In this document: piece by piece, positions 10,183 to 19,522 of the stretch
Position numbering within the stretch: position 1 is the stretch's first letter
How the letters are laid out: every line of letters begins with the position of its first letter
From: Marinicella sp.
Lineage (GTDB): Bacteria; Pseudomonadota; Gammaproteobacteria; Xanthomonadales; Marinicellaceae
Direction: 5' to 3'
Assembly (NCBI GenBank): GCA_965230295.1
Contig: OZ246001.1
Coordinates: forward strand, 1,792,001 to 1,856,000
DNA length: 64,000 bases
Notes under the pieces: generated by a model
Told to the model about the DNA's origin: nothing
Database searches by the model: none
Seen by the model: only the letters and a program-made list of their open reading frames with translations
Program-made: the position numbers and the translations under genes

Positions 10183-10929
10183 TTATGGTCCGCAAGATCC
10201 ACCAATAAATGTTTGTCTTCTGCTTTCGAATTCATCTAAGAAGTACAATGAGCCAAGGCCGGCATTGTTACTTTTATCCATTGAACCCAATCGAGCTCTG
10301 GTGATGAAAGGCCATTTAACAGAAGTGTTCAAGCCAGTTAAATCAACGGCTGGAGTATCAGACTCAGCAGTGGCATTAACCCATAACTTGAATGTACCAG
10401 CTGTTAAGTCAACATCATACTCAACTCTTGTAGGAGCGTCAGGGATGTCAACAAAATGACGGCTCTTGTTTTGAGCAGCAGATCCACCATTGTCCTGACG
10501 AACAAACAGATCTAAGCGGTATTGGTTGGCAACAACACTTTCAAGTTTAATTTGCACGATGTCAGAGTTGTCGCAGTTACCACCAGCACATTGAGCTTGG
10601 TGAACTTTAACCCTTCTGTTTGAACCAGTTGTGTTCATAGGCAGAGAGTTAGGATCAAGACAAAACGCAGCACGATATCTGGTTTCTTGGTTTGGAGAAC
10701 CGTCCTGAACAAAGTGTCTGCTTGCCTGACCACCGTTTTGGTTGATCACTTCCAGAGCAAGACCACATTGAGTGCCCGCTTGTGCGGCAGCTGCAGTGAT
10801 GTTCATCCCATTAGTAGGGTTGTTATATTGTCCCCATGCAGCACCATTGGTGTTGTCACATTGTGCCATCGCAACAGTACCAAATAACATGGCTGTTGTA
10901 GCTACTACTATTTTATTGATTAATTTCAT
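10183..10929 (-). CDS. Secreted beta-rich protein of unknown function (ends FLDEFESRRQTFIG)
   Basis: Sec signal peptide ending AMA|Q, six Cys, RBS GAAGGT, own terminator; see findings. Confidence 0.8.
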   Translation of the reverse strand: MKLINKIVVATTAMLFGTVAMAQCDNTNGAAWGQYNNPTNGMNITAAAAQAGTQCGLALEVINQNGGQASRHFVQDGSPNQETRYRAAFCLDPNSLPMNTTGSNRRVKVHQAQCAGGNCDNSDIVQIKLESVVANQYRLDLFVRQDNGGSAAQNKSRHFVDIPDAPTRVEYDVDLTAGTFKLWVNATAESDTPAVDLTGLNTSVKWPFITRARLGSMDKSNNAGLGSLYFLDEFESRRQTFIGGSCGP

Positions 10930-11009
10930 ATTTACCTTCTATTTTTAATTGAATATATATTATAACGGCCTTTTTTTGATTATCGGTCAAATTAATTTCA
11001 TTTTTTTTA

Positions 11010-11960
11010 TTACCACATATGTTCTGTCATATTTAACGCCTTTAATACCACGTCCCTCTCATTTTCCAAAGTGAATAATTTTGATTCCTGTTTGGCCTTT
11101 TTTAATAATTGATTCTTAACACCATCATCCATTGCGCATACTTGATGAATAGAGCTTGCCATACTTTCAGTGTCATATGCACTGACAAAGCATGTTTCCA
11201 TGTGTTTTGAGTATGAGCGGTTACCGACACAATCAGGGATAATCACCAACGAGTCCAGCATCATGGCTTCAACGCCAGGGATATAATGTTCTTCTACTTG
11301 TTTTGGCAGGTGGACTGACAAATGGCTTTGTGCCAATTTCATCTGAAATTCCTTTTTTGAGATCCAACCGTCAATGACTTCAATCCTGGCATTCAATTCA
11401 TTGAGCATTGACTTCAGTTGTGTGGCCATGGGTGGGTTTTTATTACCGACAATCAAAACATCATAAATTTTTTGGTGCATAAGGTTTTGGGCTTCTTCAA
11501 AGATGCCAACACCATTTGGCAAGAAGATTGTCTCCCCATTGGTGTTGGGGTGGTTGTTGGTGGCATCATACAGTTCTCTGCTGGGACAAAGTCGGATGGC
11601 CTTTCTTGGCAGGAAGTCAAAAGATTTATGTCCAGGCTTAACGGCCCTGAAGTTATTGACTGGTGAGACTATAGGCATGGAGTCAGGAATGGTTCTTTGG
11701 GCAGAGTATTTAATCCAGTCTTTGCCTGAGTTTAAAAACAGAATATCAGGTTCCTCTTTCAAATCTTTCAGGGTGGGCATTTCTTCAAAACAACTAAACC
11801 AGGGTAAATGCTCATCCCAAATAGAGTCTTCATCAAAATAAATAACCGGTTTATAGTCTTTAAAACCTTTGATGTGATTAAAAAAATCAAAGGTCTTGTG
11901 GTGTGCTCCCCTGACCACCCCCTTTAAACCAAAGTGTTGGTAAAATAATACTGTTTTCAT
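11010..11960 (-). CDS. Glycosyltransferase (GT-B, GT4-like)
   Basis: EEHYIPGVEAMM motif; shares GxKNPxMA/G and GN..YC/S segments with 4665..5597. Confidence 0.7.
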   Translation of the reverse strand: MKTVLFYQHFGLKGVVRGAHHKTFDFFNHIKGFKDYKPVIYFDEDSIWDEHLPWFSCFEEMPTLKDLKEEPDILFLNSGKDWIKYSAQRTIPDSMPIVSPVNNFRAVKPGHKSFDFLPRKAIRLCPSRELYDATNNHPNTNGETIFLPNGVGIFEEAQNLMHQKIYDVLIVGNKNPPMATQLKSMLNELNARIEVIDGWISKKEFQMKLAQSHLSVHLPKQVEEHYIPGVEAMMLDSLVIIPDCVGNRSYSKHMETCFVSAYDTESMASSIHQVCAMDDGVKNQLLKKAKQESKLFTLENERDVVLKALNMTEHMW

Positions 11961-11981
11961 AGTTTTGAATTTTAATAATAA

Positions 11982-12623
11982 TTAAAACATCTTATCAATC
12001 AGGCTGAAGTATTCTGCCAATAAATCTTTATTGACCAAATCAGCTGCCTTGCGTTTGTTGGAGTGGATGGGTTTGATGGGTTCGTTGTTTGAGTACGTGA
12101 CGTTGTTCTTATCAAAAAACAAGACCAACTCTTCAGCCCATTGAGCAGATCTTGTGACATCAATTTCTAAAAAGTTCTGTTTGTTTTGAAAGTGAACCCT
12201 CGCTTGCTTGTGGTAAAGGTCTCTGTCTAAAAGCCATTTTTTAAGTGCAATGGCTTCGTTGGTATAAAAATCTTTGGCCATTTTCCCATATTTTTTTTTG
12301 GTGAGCACCGTTTGGTGGTCGACATTGTCATTGTGTCTCATGACATGCTTGACTCGTGAATACAGCCATTCCTTTTTATCTCTGGTGTTCAGGATAAATA
12401 AACTGTTTGGAAACCATTTTTCCAACAGGGTGAAGTTACATTGTTCGCCATCGGTGTAACATTGGTCGATAAAATAGTCTTTGCCCTTTTTGACATAACT
12501 ATAATGGCACCACTCTGTATTATGAACACTGGATAAACCACATGATTTGAAAAAACGGTGTAGAGATGTGGTTCCCGTTTTATTGAAACCAATACAAAAG
12601 ATTTTTTGCTCCTTTTTGCTCAT
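11982..12623 (-). CDS. Sulfotransferase family protein
   Basis: IFCIGFNKTGTTSLH, FPNSLFILNTR, WLYSR. Confidence 0.8.
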   Translation of the reverse strand: MSKKEQKIFCIGFNKTGTTSLHRFFKSCGLSSVHNTEWCHYSYVKKGKDYFIDQCYTDGEQCNFTLLEKWFPNSLFILNTRDKKEWLYSRVKHVMRHNDNVDHQTVLTKKKYGKMAKDFYTNEAIALKKWLLDRDLYHKQARVHFQNKQNFLEIDVTRSAQWAEELVLFFDKNNVTYSNNEPIKPIHSNKRKAADLVNKDLLAEYFSLIDKMF

Positions 12624-12648
12624 AGTAGCGTCATTGATGGATTAAAGG

Positions 12649-13350
12649 CTAAATGCAAATTTCTAACAACTTGTCATAAAGCGGTAAAAGATTTTTTGGG
12701 CAATCATCTCGGGCATAGTTATTTTGATTAACTAAATTTTTATCAAAAAACTCAACGTTGTTATTGGCAGTTAACTGCAACTGAGAACTGATTAAGTCTA
12801 TTTTTTTAAGGTATTCGGTATGCTCCAAATCAAAGTTAATAATTGGAAATTCAGATTGATGATAAATACCAATTAATTTTTCATTATAGACCTGCCATAA
12901 GTGGCTTGCCTGTTCCTCGGACATGGTCAAGTTTTTATGTTTTCTGGCCAAGAGTGATTGAATGACCGCAACAGGGTGTCTAATGGTCCCAACCAGCTGA
13001 TGGTTTGGAATCTCATCTTTCCAAAATGAGTAAGCCAATACCATTCTGGGGTCTTTTATTCCCCATGGCTTGGGCACCTTTTGATAATTTGCAATGACTT
13101 GATCTCTTCTTGTTGCCAACTCATTGTTCCAGGTTAGTGGGCCCGTTGGAGGACTTCTCCAGCTGCCCTGGTTGTGCTGTAAAAGAGACTCATTCAATTT
13201 GAAAACGTCTTTGTTTTCTTGATTGCCTTTTTTGTTGTGTTTGTTGGAGTCAGAGACTGTTCCCAAATTCAGGCCAAAATCTTTTAAACAACCGGTCAGA
13301 CAACTGGTGCCACTGCGGTGCATGCCAAGTATGATAATGGCGTCACTCAT
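12649..13350 (-). CDS. Sulfotransferase family protein
   Basis: ILGMHRSGTSCL, WGIKDPR, RHPVAVIQSL. Confidence 0.85.
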   Translation of the reverse strand: MSDAIIILGMHRSGTSCLTGCLKDFGLNLGTVSDSNKHNKKGNQENKDVFKLNESLLQHNQGSWRSPPTGPLTWNNELATRRDQVIANYQKVPKPWGIKDPRMVLAYSFWKDEIPNHQLVGTIRHPVAVIQSLLARKHKNLTMSEEQASHLWQVYNEKLIGIYHQSEFPIINFDLEHTEYLKKIDLISSQLQLTANNNVEFFDKNLVNQNNYARDDCPKNLLPLYDKLLEICI

Positions 13351-14176
13351 TGGATGTCAGTTTCGTGTAAAAAGAAGGGTCTTCTTCTATCATTTTGAAT
13401 ATTTTTTTACTGTTTTCCCGGTTTTTAAGCATTTCATATTTTAATGGCAAAAATAATTTCCTGGCGAGCCAACGAGGCATGATTTTTTTTGCCTTTTGAA
13501 ACCTTTCGAACCTTGATTCAAAATCTTTAACCTTATTTCTGTCTACTCGGGTTCCGGGGTTTCGGAATGCGGCTCCATGGTGATAAACCAAGTTTTCGTA
13601 TACACCAAACAGTAACGGGTGAAGGTCATGCTGGTTACTGCGATTGAGCTTATACCAGTCGATGTTCCTGTTATTCAACTTTCTTAACATCACACCACCC
13701 ACATCCCACACATCCTTGTTAAACTTATCTTTCCATGTGATACCCCCATGGTTCCAGTCTCCTTGTATCTCTTTCCAAAATTTGACTTTACAAATACAAA
13801 AACAAGGGTGAGGTTGAATGTCGCCATTGTTTTCATACCTTTGGACGGCAGCCAGCGGGTATTGTTTTAGCGCGGTTGAAAATAAATTATCAAGTGGAGC
13901 AATGGGGAAAGCATCTCCATCCAAAAACATCAAATAGTCGTCTTCTGATTCTGCATTAAAAGCGGCCATATCAGCCAACAAATTGAGTTTAATGGGGTGG
14001 CTTTTGATGTCTTCTGTATTGGTATAAAAGAACTTTTCTTTGTGCATGCCTACTTTAGGTACATGGTTCAAAAACGCATAGACCTTAAAAGGTTCATTGA
14101 GGTTTTGATTTAAGTATTTCAGCTGTATGTCTATCCAATCAGCTGACTTCCAATGAATAGTGAGGACATGAATCAT
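13343..14176 (-). CDS. Putative GT-A fold glycosyltransferase-like protein
   Basis: LMFLDGDAF DxD motif, HPCFC, VYHHGA; position in glycan operon. Confidence 0.55.
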   Translation of the reverse strand: MIHVLTIHWKSADWIDIQLKYLNQNLNEPFKVYAFLNHVPKVGMHKEKFFYTNTEDIKSHPIKLNLLADMAAFNAESEDDYLMFLDGDAFPIAPLDNLFSTALKQYPLAAVQRYENNGDIQPHPCFCICKVKFWKEIQGDWNHGGITWKDKFNKDVWDVGGVMLRKLNNRNIDWYKLNRSNQHDLHPLLFGVYENLVYHHGAAFRNPGTRVDRNKVKDFESRFERFQKAKKIMPRWLARKLFLPLKYEMLKNRENSKKIFKMIEEDPSFYTKLTSNE

Positions 14177-14342
14177 GCTTAAACGATTAATTCTGTTAAT
14201 TTATTAAGTTAGCAAAGTATACAGTCACTCTACATTTAATCAAACACTAATGAATGGTAGATATGAAATGATTGAGGTATTAGCAGGTTTACTGTTTTAA
14301 AAAGTGTAAAATGGGCGTTTTTTTATTCCATAAAACTAACCT

Positions 14343-15011
14343 ATGAAAACGCTGAGTGAAAAAATCCAGGAAATCCAAAAGGCAGGAATTTTTTTAGGCG
14401 GGCCGCCTGAGCTGTTCGAAGATGCCGGGAGAAAGATGCTGATGGTGTTATTAAATGAAGGGTTGATGCCGTACTCTAAAGTTTTGGACATCGGTTGTGG
14501 TTGCTTGAGAGGTGGGTACTGGGTGATACGTTTTCTCAACAGTCAGGGTTACTATGGAATAGAGCCCAATAAAGCCATGTTGGCGGAAGGTTTAAATTGT
14601 TTGTTTTCAAGAGAAACGCTAGAACTGAAAAACCCCAGTTTTGATCACAATGAAGATTTCGATGTTTCAGTTTTCAACACCAAATTTGATTATTTTCTCG
14701 CCAGGTCTATTTGGACCCATGCATCAAAACAACAAATTTCCGTGATGTTAGACGGGTTTGCAAACCACACCAATCCGAAAGCCGTGTTTTTAACATCATT
14801 TGTCAATGCCAAGCTTGAAAGCGAGGAATACATGGAGCACAGCTGGGTTGGCAAAAGTCACAACTCTGATGAAGCAGGGATCGTGAAACACAGTTTCGAT
14901 TGGATTGAGTCAGAGTGTATAAACAGAGGCCTTCAGGCCGAAATCATTGTCAATGAAACTTTTGACCTAAGTAACAACCAAAGGTGGATAAAAATAACCC
15001 AAAAGTCATGA
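14343..15011 (+). CDS. Class I SAM-dependent methyltransferase
   Basis: VLDIGCGCLRGG, YYGIEP, FDYFLARSIWTH. Confidence 0.88.
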   Translation: MKTLSEKIQEIQKAGIFLGGPPELFEDAGRKMLMVLLNEGLMPYSKVLDIGCGCLRGGYWVIRFLNSQGYYGIEPNKAMLAEGLNCLFSRETLELKNPSFDHNEDFDVSVFNTKFDYFLARSIWTHASKQQISVMLDGFANHTNPKAVFLTSFVNAKLESEEYMEHSWVGKSHNSDEAGIVKHSFDWIESECINRGLQAEIIVNETFDLSNNQRWIKITQKS

Positions 15012-15934
15012 AACACGCCATCCTATTTTGTGTTGAGGCAGGATTGCTTGAAAGCCAGACTCGCTTGTTGGTCAATTCGTTCAAACAATTTTCTCCTGGT
15101 AACAACCATCACCTGTTTGCATTTTCACCCAGAGAAAATTTTCGGCCAAGCAGCAAGACTTATGAGTATTTGGCCAGAAACCATGTGACACACATAGATC
15201 ACTGTTTAAATGATTCATTTTTGAATTACCCCATTGCCAACAAAATTTTAGCTTGTTCATATTTTGAGCAAAACATGCCTGAATTCGAATCAGTCATGTT
15301 CTTGGACACTGACACCGTCCTTTTGAATGATTTTGGCCTCAACGAGTTTGACTCCAAGGGGCTTTATCTAAAACCGGTTGGACACAAAGGACCGGGAACG
15401 GTCGGCAACGAAGATGCCAATGATGGTTTTTGGCAGCAAGTTTTTTCATTGTTTGAACTTGCTTTGCCAGCGGTTAAATTTCACACCACGATCAAAGACA
15501 CAGCGATTCGAGGTTATTTCAATGCTGGATTGGTGTGGTCAAATAAAGTACCTGGCTTTTTTCAGCAATGGGAACAAGATTTTTTGAAACTGATTGACTC
15601 CGGATTGACACCACCTGGGTTTGTTTCGAAAGATCGAAACAATTTCAGGTGTCTCGACCAAGTTGCGTTGGCAGTCACGGCAAGTCGATTTGATGAATGC
15701 ATCAAAATATTGCCTGCCGGATACAATCACCACATTCCATTCAGGCCCATGATGGTCGATAAGTATTGCCCAGATTTTAAGGACTTGATCCACATTCATT
15801 ATCACAAGTGGTTCCAACACCCTGGTTTTTTGGATCACATCACTACAGAACAAGAGAAACTATCCGTACAATACCAGTGGCTTAAGAAACAGTTGCCGTT
15901 AACACCAACCATCGATGATCAGTTCAAGTGTTGA
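15008..15934 (+). CDS. GT-A (GT8-like) glycosyltransferase
   Basis: FLDTD, YFNAGLV, LDQVAL, IHYH; start placed at the ATGA overlap at 15008. Confidence 0.7.
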   Translation: MKHAILFCVEAGLLESQTRLLVNSFKQFSPGNNHHLFAFSPRENFRPSSKTYEYLARNHVTHIDHCLNDSFLNYPIANKILACSYFEQNMPEFESVMFLDTDTVLLNDFGLNEFDSKGLYLKPVGHKGPGTVGNEDANDGFWQQVFSLFELALPAVKFHTTIKDTAIRGYFNAGLVWSNKVPGFFQQWEQDFLKLIDSGLTPPGFVSKDRNNFRCLDQVALAVTASRFDECIKILPAGYNHHIPFRPMMVDKYCPDFKDLIHIHYHKWFQHPGFLDHITTEQEKLSVQYQWLKKQLPLTPTIDDQFKC

Positions 15935-16026
15935 TCTGGAGCAGAGTGTCAGCTTTAATTTGACTTTTCTTGGGGTTTTTTTCTTCATCGGTTACAATCA
16001 ATGAATTCATTTTCTCATGACTTCTG

Positions 16027-18699
16027 ATGCCTAATAAAACCCTGTATTTAGTTGATGGTTCTTCCTATCTGTTTCGCGCATTTTTCTCGCCCGGTTTGAA
16101 CCGGTTGAAGAGTAAAGAAGGCCATCCCACTGGGGTGATGTATGGGGTCACCAACATGCTGAAAAGGATGTTTGATGACTATGACCCTACCTATATGGTG
16201 GTGGTTTTTGATGCCAAGGGCAAAACGTTTCGTCATGATATGTATGCCGAATACAAAGCCAATCGACCGCCCATGCCTGATGACTTGCGAATGCAGTTAC
16301 AACCCACCAAAGACCTGATTAAAGCCATGGGCATTCCGATGTTGGAGGTTCCACATGTAGAGGCCGATGATGTGATAGGTACCTTGGTAAAAAAAGCAGA
16401 GACATTGGGCATAGAAACACTGGTGTCCACCAGCGATAAGGATTTGGCCCAGTTGGTTTCAGCACATGTGACCTTGGTCAATACCATGTCTGATTATGTG
16501 ATGGATGAAGCAGGTGTGATGGAAAAGTTTGGTGTCAGACCGGATCAGATCATAGACTACCTGGCTTTGATCGGCGACTCGTCTGATAACATCCCGGGGG
16601 TTAATAAAGTGGGACCAAAAACAGCAGTTAAGTGGTTACATGAATATGAAACGGTCGATAACATCATCGCTCATGCGGATGACTTCAAGGGAAAAGTCGG
16701 TGAGTACTTGCGTGAAGGTATTGAACAACTGAAGTTGTCCAGAGAGCTGGTTGTGATCAAAAAGGATTGTGATGTTGATTATCAAGTAGGTGATTTTAAA
16801 CTCAAGGACAAGGACATAGCTGCGCTCAATGCCATCGGCAAACAGTATGACATGCGGCGGTTTGCTGAATTGTCTGCAGAGGATGAAGCGGAAACTGAAC
16901 CGTCAGAAAAAATAGAATACGACTGCATCCAAGACATGAAGACATTGGAAAAATGGATGTCAGACATCAAACGAGCAGGTTTGGTGGCTTTTGATTTAGA
17001 AACAGACTCCATCAATCCAATTGGTGCCAACATCATTGGCCTGTCATTCTCCCATGCGCCGGAAAAAGCGGCCTATGTGCCAATAGGTCATGAGACAACA
17101 GAAAGCCAATTGTCATTAAAAGAAGTTTTGTCAGCAGTGGTTCCCGTTTTAGAGTCAGTGGATGTGGTGGGTCAACATTTTAAGTATGACCTCAATGTGT
17201 TGTCTGGCTATGATGTCAAAATCAACAGCCAAAAGTTTGACACCATGCTAGAGTCATATGTGCTCAATGCCTCAGCATCCAGGCACGATATGGATTCGCT
17301 GGCAGCTTTGTATCTGGACAAGAAAACAGTCAAATATGAAGACATTTGTGGCAAAGGTGCCAAACAAATTCCTTTTGCCCAAGTGGCCTTGGATGATGCC
17401 ACCCATTATGCCGCTGAAGATGCCGACATCACTTTACAACTGCATCTTGCCTTGTGGGAACAACTGGAAAAAGCCGAACAAAAAGCGGTTTTTACAGAAC
17501 TGGAAATGCCCTTGGTGAAAGTGTTGGCTGATATGGAGCAAACGGGTGTATTGATTGATCGGGTTGAATTGGCGAAACAAAGTAAGCACCTGGAACTGAG
17601 TATGAACAAACTACAACTCCAGGCTTTCGAATTGGCAGGTAAGGAGTTTAATCTGGGATCACCCAAACAATTACAAGCCATTCTGTTTGAAGAGCAAGGT
17701 TTGCCGGTGTTGAAAAAAACTGCCACTGGTCAAGCCTCTACAGCGGAAGACGTTTTACAAGACCTGTCGGCGGATTATGAATTGCCTGCGGTCATTTTAG
17801 AGTATCGATCTTTGAGCAAACTCAAAAGCACCTACACCGACAAGTTGCCCTTGGAAATCAATGAAAAAACCGGGCGTGTTCATACGTCCTATCATCAAGC
17901 TGTGGCCATTACAGGCCGATTGTCGTCTTCAAACCCAAATCTACAAAACATCCCTATTCGCACCCAAGAAGGGCGCAAAGTGCGCAAAGCCTTCGTCGCA
18001 CCGGATGGGTGGCAATTGATGGCAGCAGATTATTCACAAATTGAGCTGCGGATCATGGCACATTTGTCCCAAGATGAAAATCTGTTGGGTGCTTTTAACC
18101 AAGGAGTGGATGTCCACAGCCAAACCGCTTCACAGGTGTTTGATACAGGTTTGGATGAGGTCAGTGCTGAACAGCGCCGAGCCGCCAAAGCCATTAATTT
18201 TGGTTTGATGTATGGAATGAGTGCTTTTGGGTTAAGTAAACAACTGCACATCAGTCGCAAAGAAGCTTCCACTTATATGAAGCAATATTTTGCCCAATAT
18301 CCCAAGGTCAAAGGCTTCATTGATGGCGTTAAGCAACAAGCGGCAGATCAAGGGTACTTGGATACCCTGTTTGGTCGTCGCTTGTATTTTCCGGAAATCA
18401 ACAACCGCAATGCCCGCGTTCGTGCTGGGGCTGAACGGGCAGCGATCAATGCACCGATGCAAGGCAGTGCTGCAGACATCATCAAAAGGGCGATGTTGGC
18501 CGTTCATAAAAAAACCCATGGAGCAGAAGACATCAGGGTCATCATGCAAGTTCATGATGAACTGGTGTTTGAGGTTAAACAAGGGTCGGCAGAACAATGG
18601 GCACAAAAAATCAAAACCATCATGGAAGGAGTGGTTCAGTTGGATGTGCCATTGGTGGTTGATTATGGGATAGGGAACAACTGGGATGAAGCACATTGA
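16027..18699 (+). CDS. polA: DNA polymerase I
   Basis: LVDGSSYLFRAF 5'-3' exonuclease, FDLETD 3'-5' exonuclease, ADYSQIELR, AKAINFGLMYG, QVHDELVFE. Confidence 0.99.
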   Translation: MPNKTLYLVDGSSYLFRAFFSPGLNRLKSKEGHPTGVMYGVTNMLKRMFDDYDPTYMVVVFDAKGKTFRHDMYAEYKANRPPMPDDLRMQLQPTKDLIKAMGIPMLEVPHVEADDVIGTLVKKAETLGIETLVSTSDKDLAQLVSAHVTLVNTMSDYVMDEAGVMEKFGVRPDQIIDYLALIGDSSDNIPGVNKVGPKTAVKWLHEYETVDNIIAHADDFKGKVGEYLREGIEQLKLSRELVVIKKDCDVDYQVGDFKLKDKDIAALNAIGKQYDMRRFAELSAEDEAETEPSEKIEYDCIQDMKTLEKWMSDIKRAGLVAFDLETDSINPIGANIIGLSFSHAPEKAAYVPIGHETTESQLSLKEVLSAVVPVLESVDVVGQHFKYDLNVLSGYDVKINSQKFDTMLESYVLNASASRHDMDSLAALYLDKKTVKYEDICGKGAKQIPFAQVALDDATHYAAEDADITLQLHLALWEQLEKAEQKAVFTELEMPLVKVLADMEQTGVLIDRVELAKQSKHLELSMNKLQLQAFELAGKEFNLGSPKQLQAILFEEQGLPVLKKTATGQASTAEDVLQDLSADYELPAVILEYRSLSKLKSTYTDKLPLEINEKTGRVHTSYHQAVAITGRLSSSNPNLQNIPIRTQEGRKVRKAFVAPDGWQLMAADYSQIELRIMAHLSQDENLLGAFNQGVDVHSQTASQVFDTGLDEVSAEQRRAAKAINFGLMYGMSAFGLSKQLHISRKEASTYMKQYFAQYPKVKGFIDGVKQQAADQGYLDTLFGRRLYFPEINNRNARVRAGAERAAINAPMQGSAADIIKRAMLAVHKKTHGAEDIRVIMQVHDELVFEVKQGSAEQWAQKIKTIMEGVVQLDVPLVVDYGIGNNWDEAH

Positions 18700-18717
18700 A
18701 GGGATTGCTACAGGGCC

Positions 18718-18935
18718 GCTTCTTTTCACTGTGTGAAAAACCGCAACCCTTTCGCAGGCTTTGATGAGTTGTCCTGTTTGACTCGCGTTGCTCGCCAAGG
18801 GCCAACATGGGTCTGCTTGGTTCCAGGCTGTTTCTTTTCACTGCGTGAAAAACCGCAACCCTTTCGCAGGCTTTGATGATTTGTCCTGTTTGACTCGCGT
18901 TGCTCGCCAAGGGCCATTATGGGTCTGCTTGGTTC
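18718..18935. repeat. Tandem repeat, two near-identical units with 112-bp period, each with two hairpin modules
   Basis: ttcttttcactgYgtgaaaaaccgc...ttgatga...gggtctgcttggttc at 18720-18823 and 18832-18935. Confidence 0.95.
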
Positions 18936-18979
18936 GATACAGCTTTGCAAAAACGCCAAACCGGCTTCACAACAGTAAA

Positions 18980-19005
18980 CGTCATTTCCGCGAAGGCGGG
19001 AATCT
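18980..19005 (+). repeat. CGTC-headed REP-like palindrome
   Basis: cgtcatttccgcgaaggcgggaatct, matching the widespread GTCATTCCCGCGAAGGCGGGAATC type. Confidence 0.8.
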
Positions 19006-19140
19006 ATCCGAATTTGAGCCATGATAAAACCGATAGCACCTCAGTATTCAGTAAGAGAGGTAAGAAAATAAAGAGCTATTCCCGTTCAATCGCCTTGTTT
19101 GCCAAGAAGCAACAAAGGTCTTGTGATTTATAATGGTATC

Positions 19141-19483
19141 TAAGGAATGTCCTTGGGACTCCATTCTGGTTCATGGTCTGACAGGTCTTCATATTTGCTG
19201 CGCAAATAAACCGACCTTTACAGACTATTGTCTGAGCAGTTGCTTCGCACTGCATGTCTGTTCCTACAAAAGTGAAAGCGGCCACGGCTTGATACCTCGG
19301 GCTTGCACTCTCTGACTGGCTTACAGGGATGTAGGTCTGTCGCGTGAGCAGGATGCGGAAGCGACCAGCGAGGCTTCACGGCTTATCGATCACTCCATCA
19401 AGGCTTCTTGACTTTGTCAAATCGCCATTCTTACATGATCTGCCTAACCGAGTGCGCCGGTCGAGCTGATCATCAGCTCTCCA
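19141..19483. repeat. Modular structured non-coding element, short copy
   Basis: 105 nt (19159-19263) identical to 44760-44864; later modules and the terminal tgcctaacc...agctg-n5-cagct.tcca also match the 44742-45345 copy. Confidence 0.9.
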
Positions 19484-19522
19484 CAGTTTGATTTGGCCAG
19501 AAAGAAAGGAGTGTCTATTGTT

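Noticed and set aside
18718-18935. CRISPR array interpretation of the tandem repeats
   Set aside because: Units are ~110 bp with no unique spacers, and no cas genes are in the window
18620-19315. Overlapping 60-100 aa ORFs (including the DSRLRGND peptide) and the matching ORF at 44728..44925
   Set aside because: They are translations of palindromic repeats with no credible protein features
19141-19483. Classical MITE or IS
   Set aside because: No terminal inverted repeats, target-site duplication or transposase remnant visible
19442-19492. Integron attC site (GCCTAAC fits RYYYAAC, with an ORF downstream)
   Set aside because: No complementary GTTRRRY end in either copy and no integrase in the window
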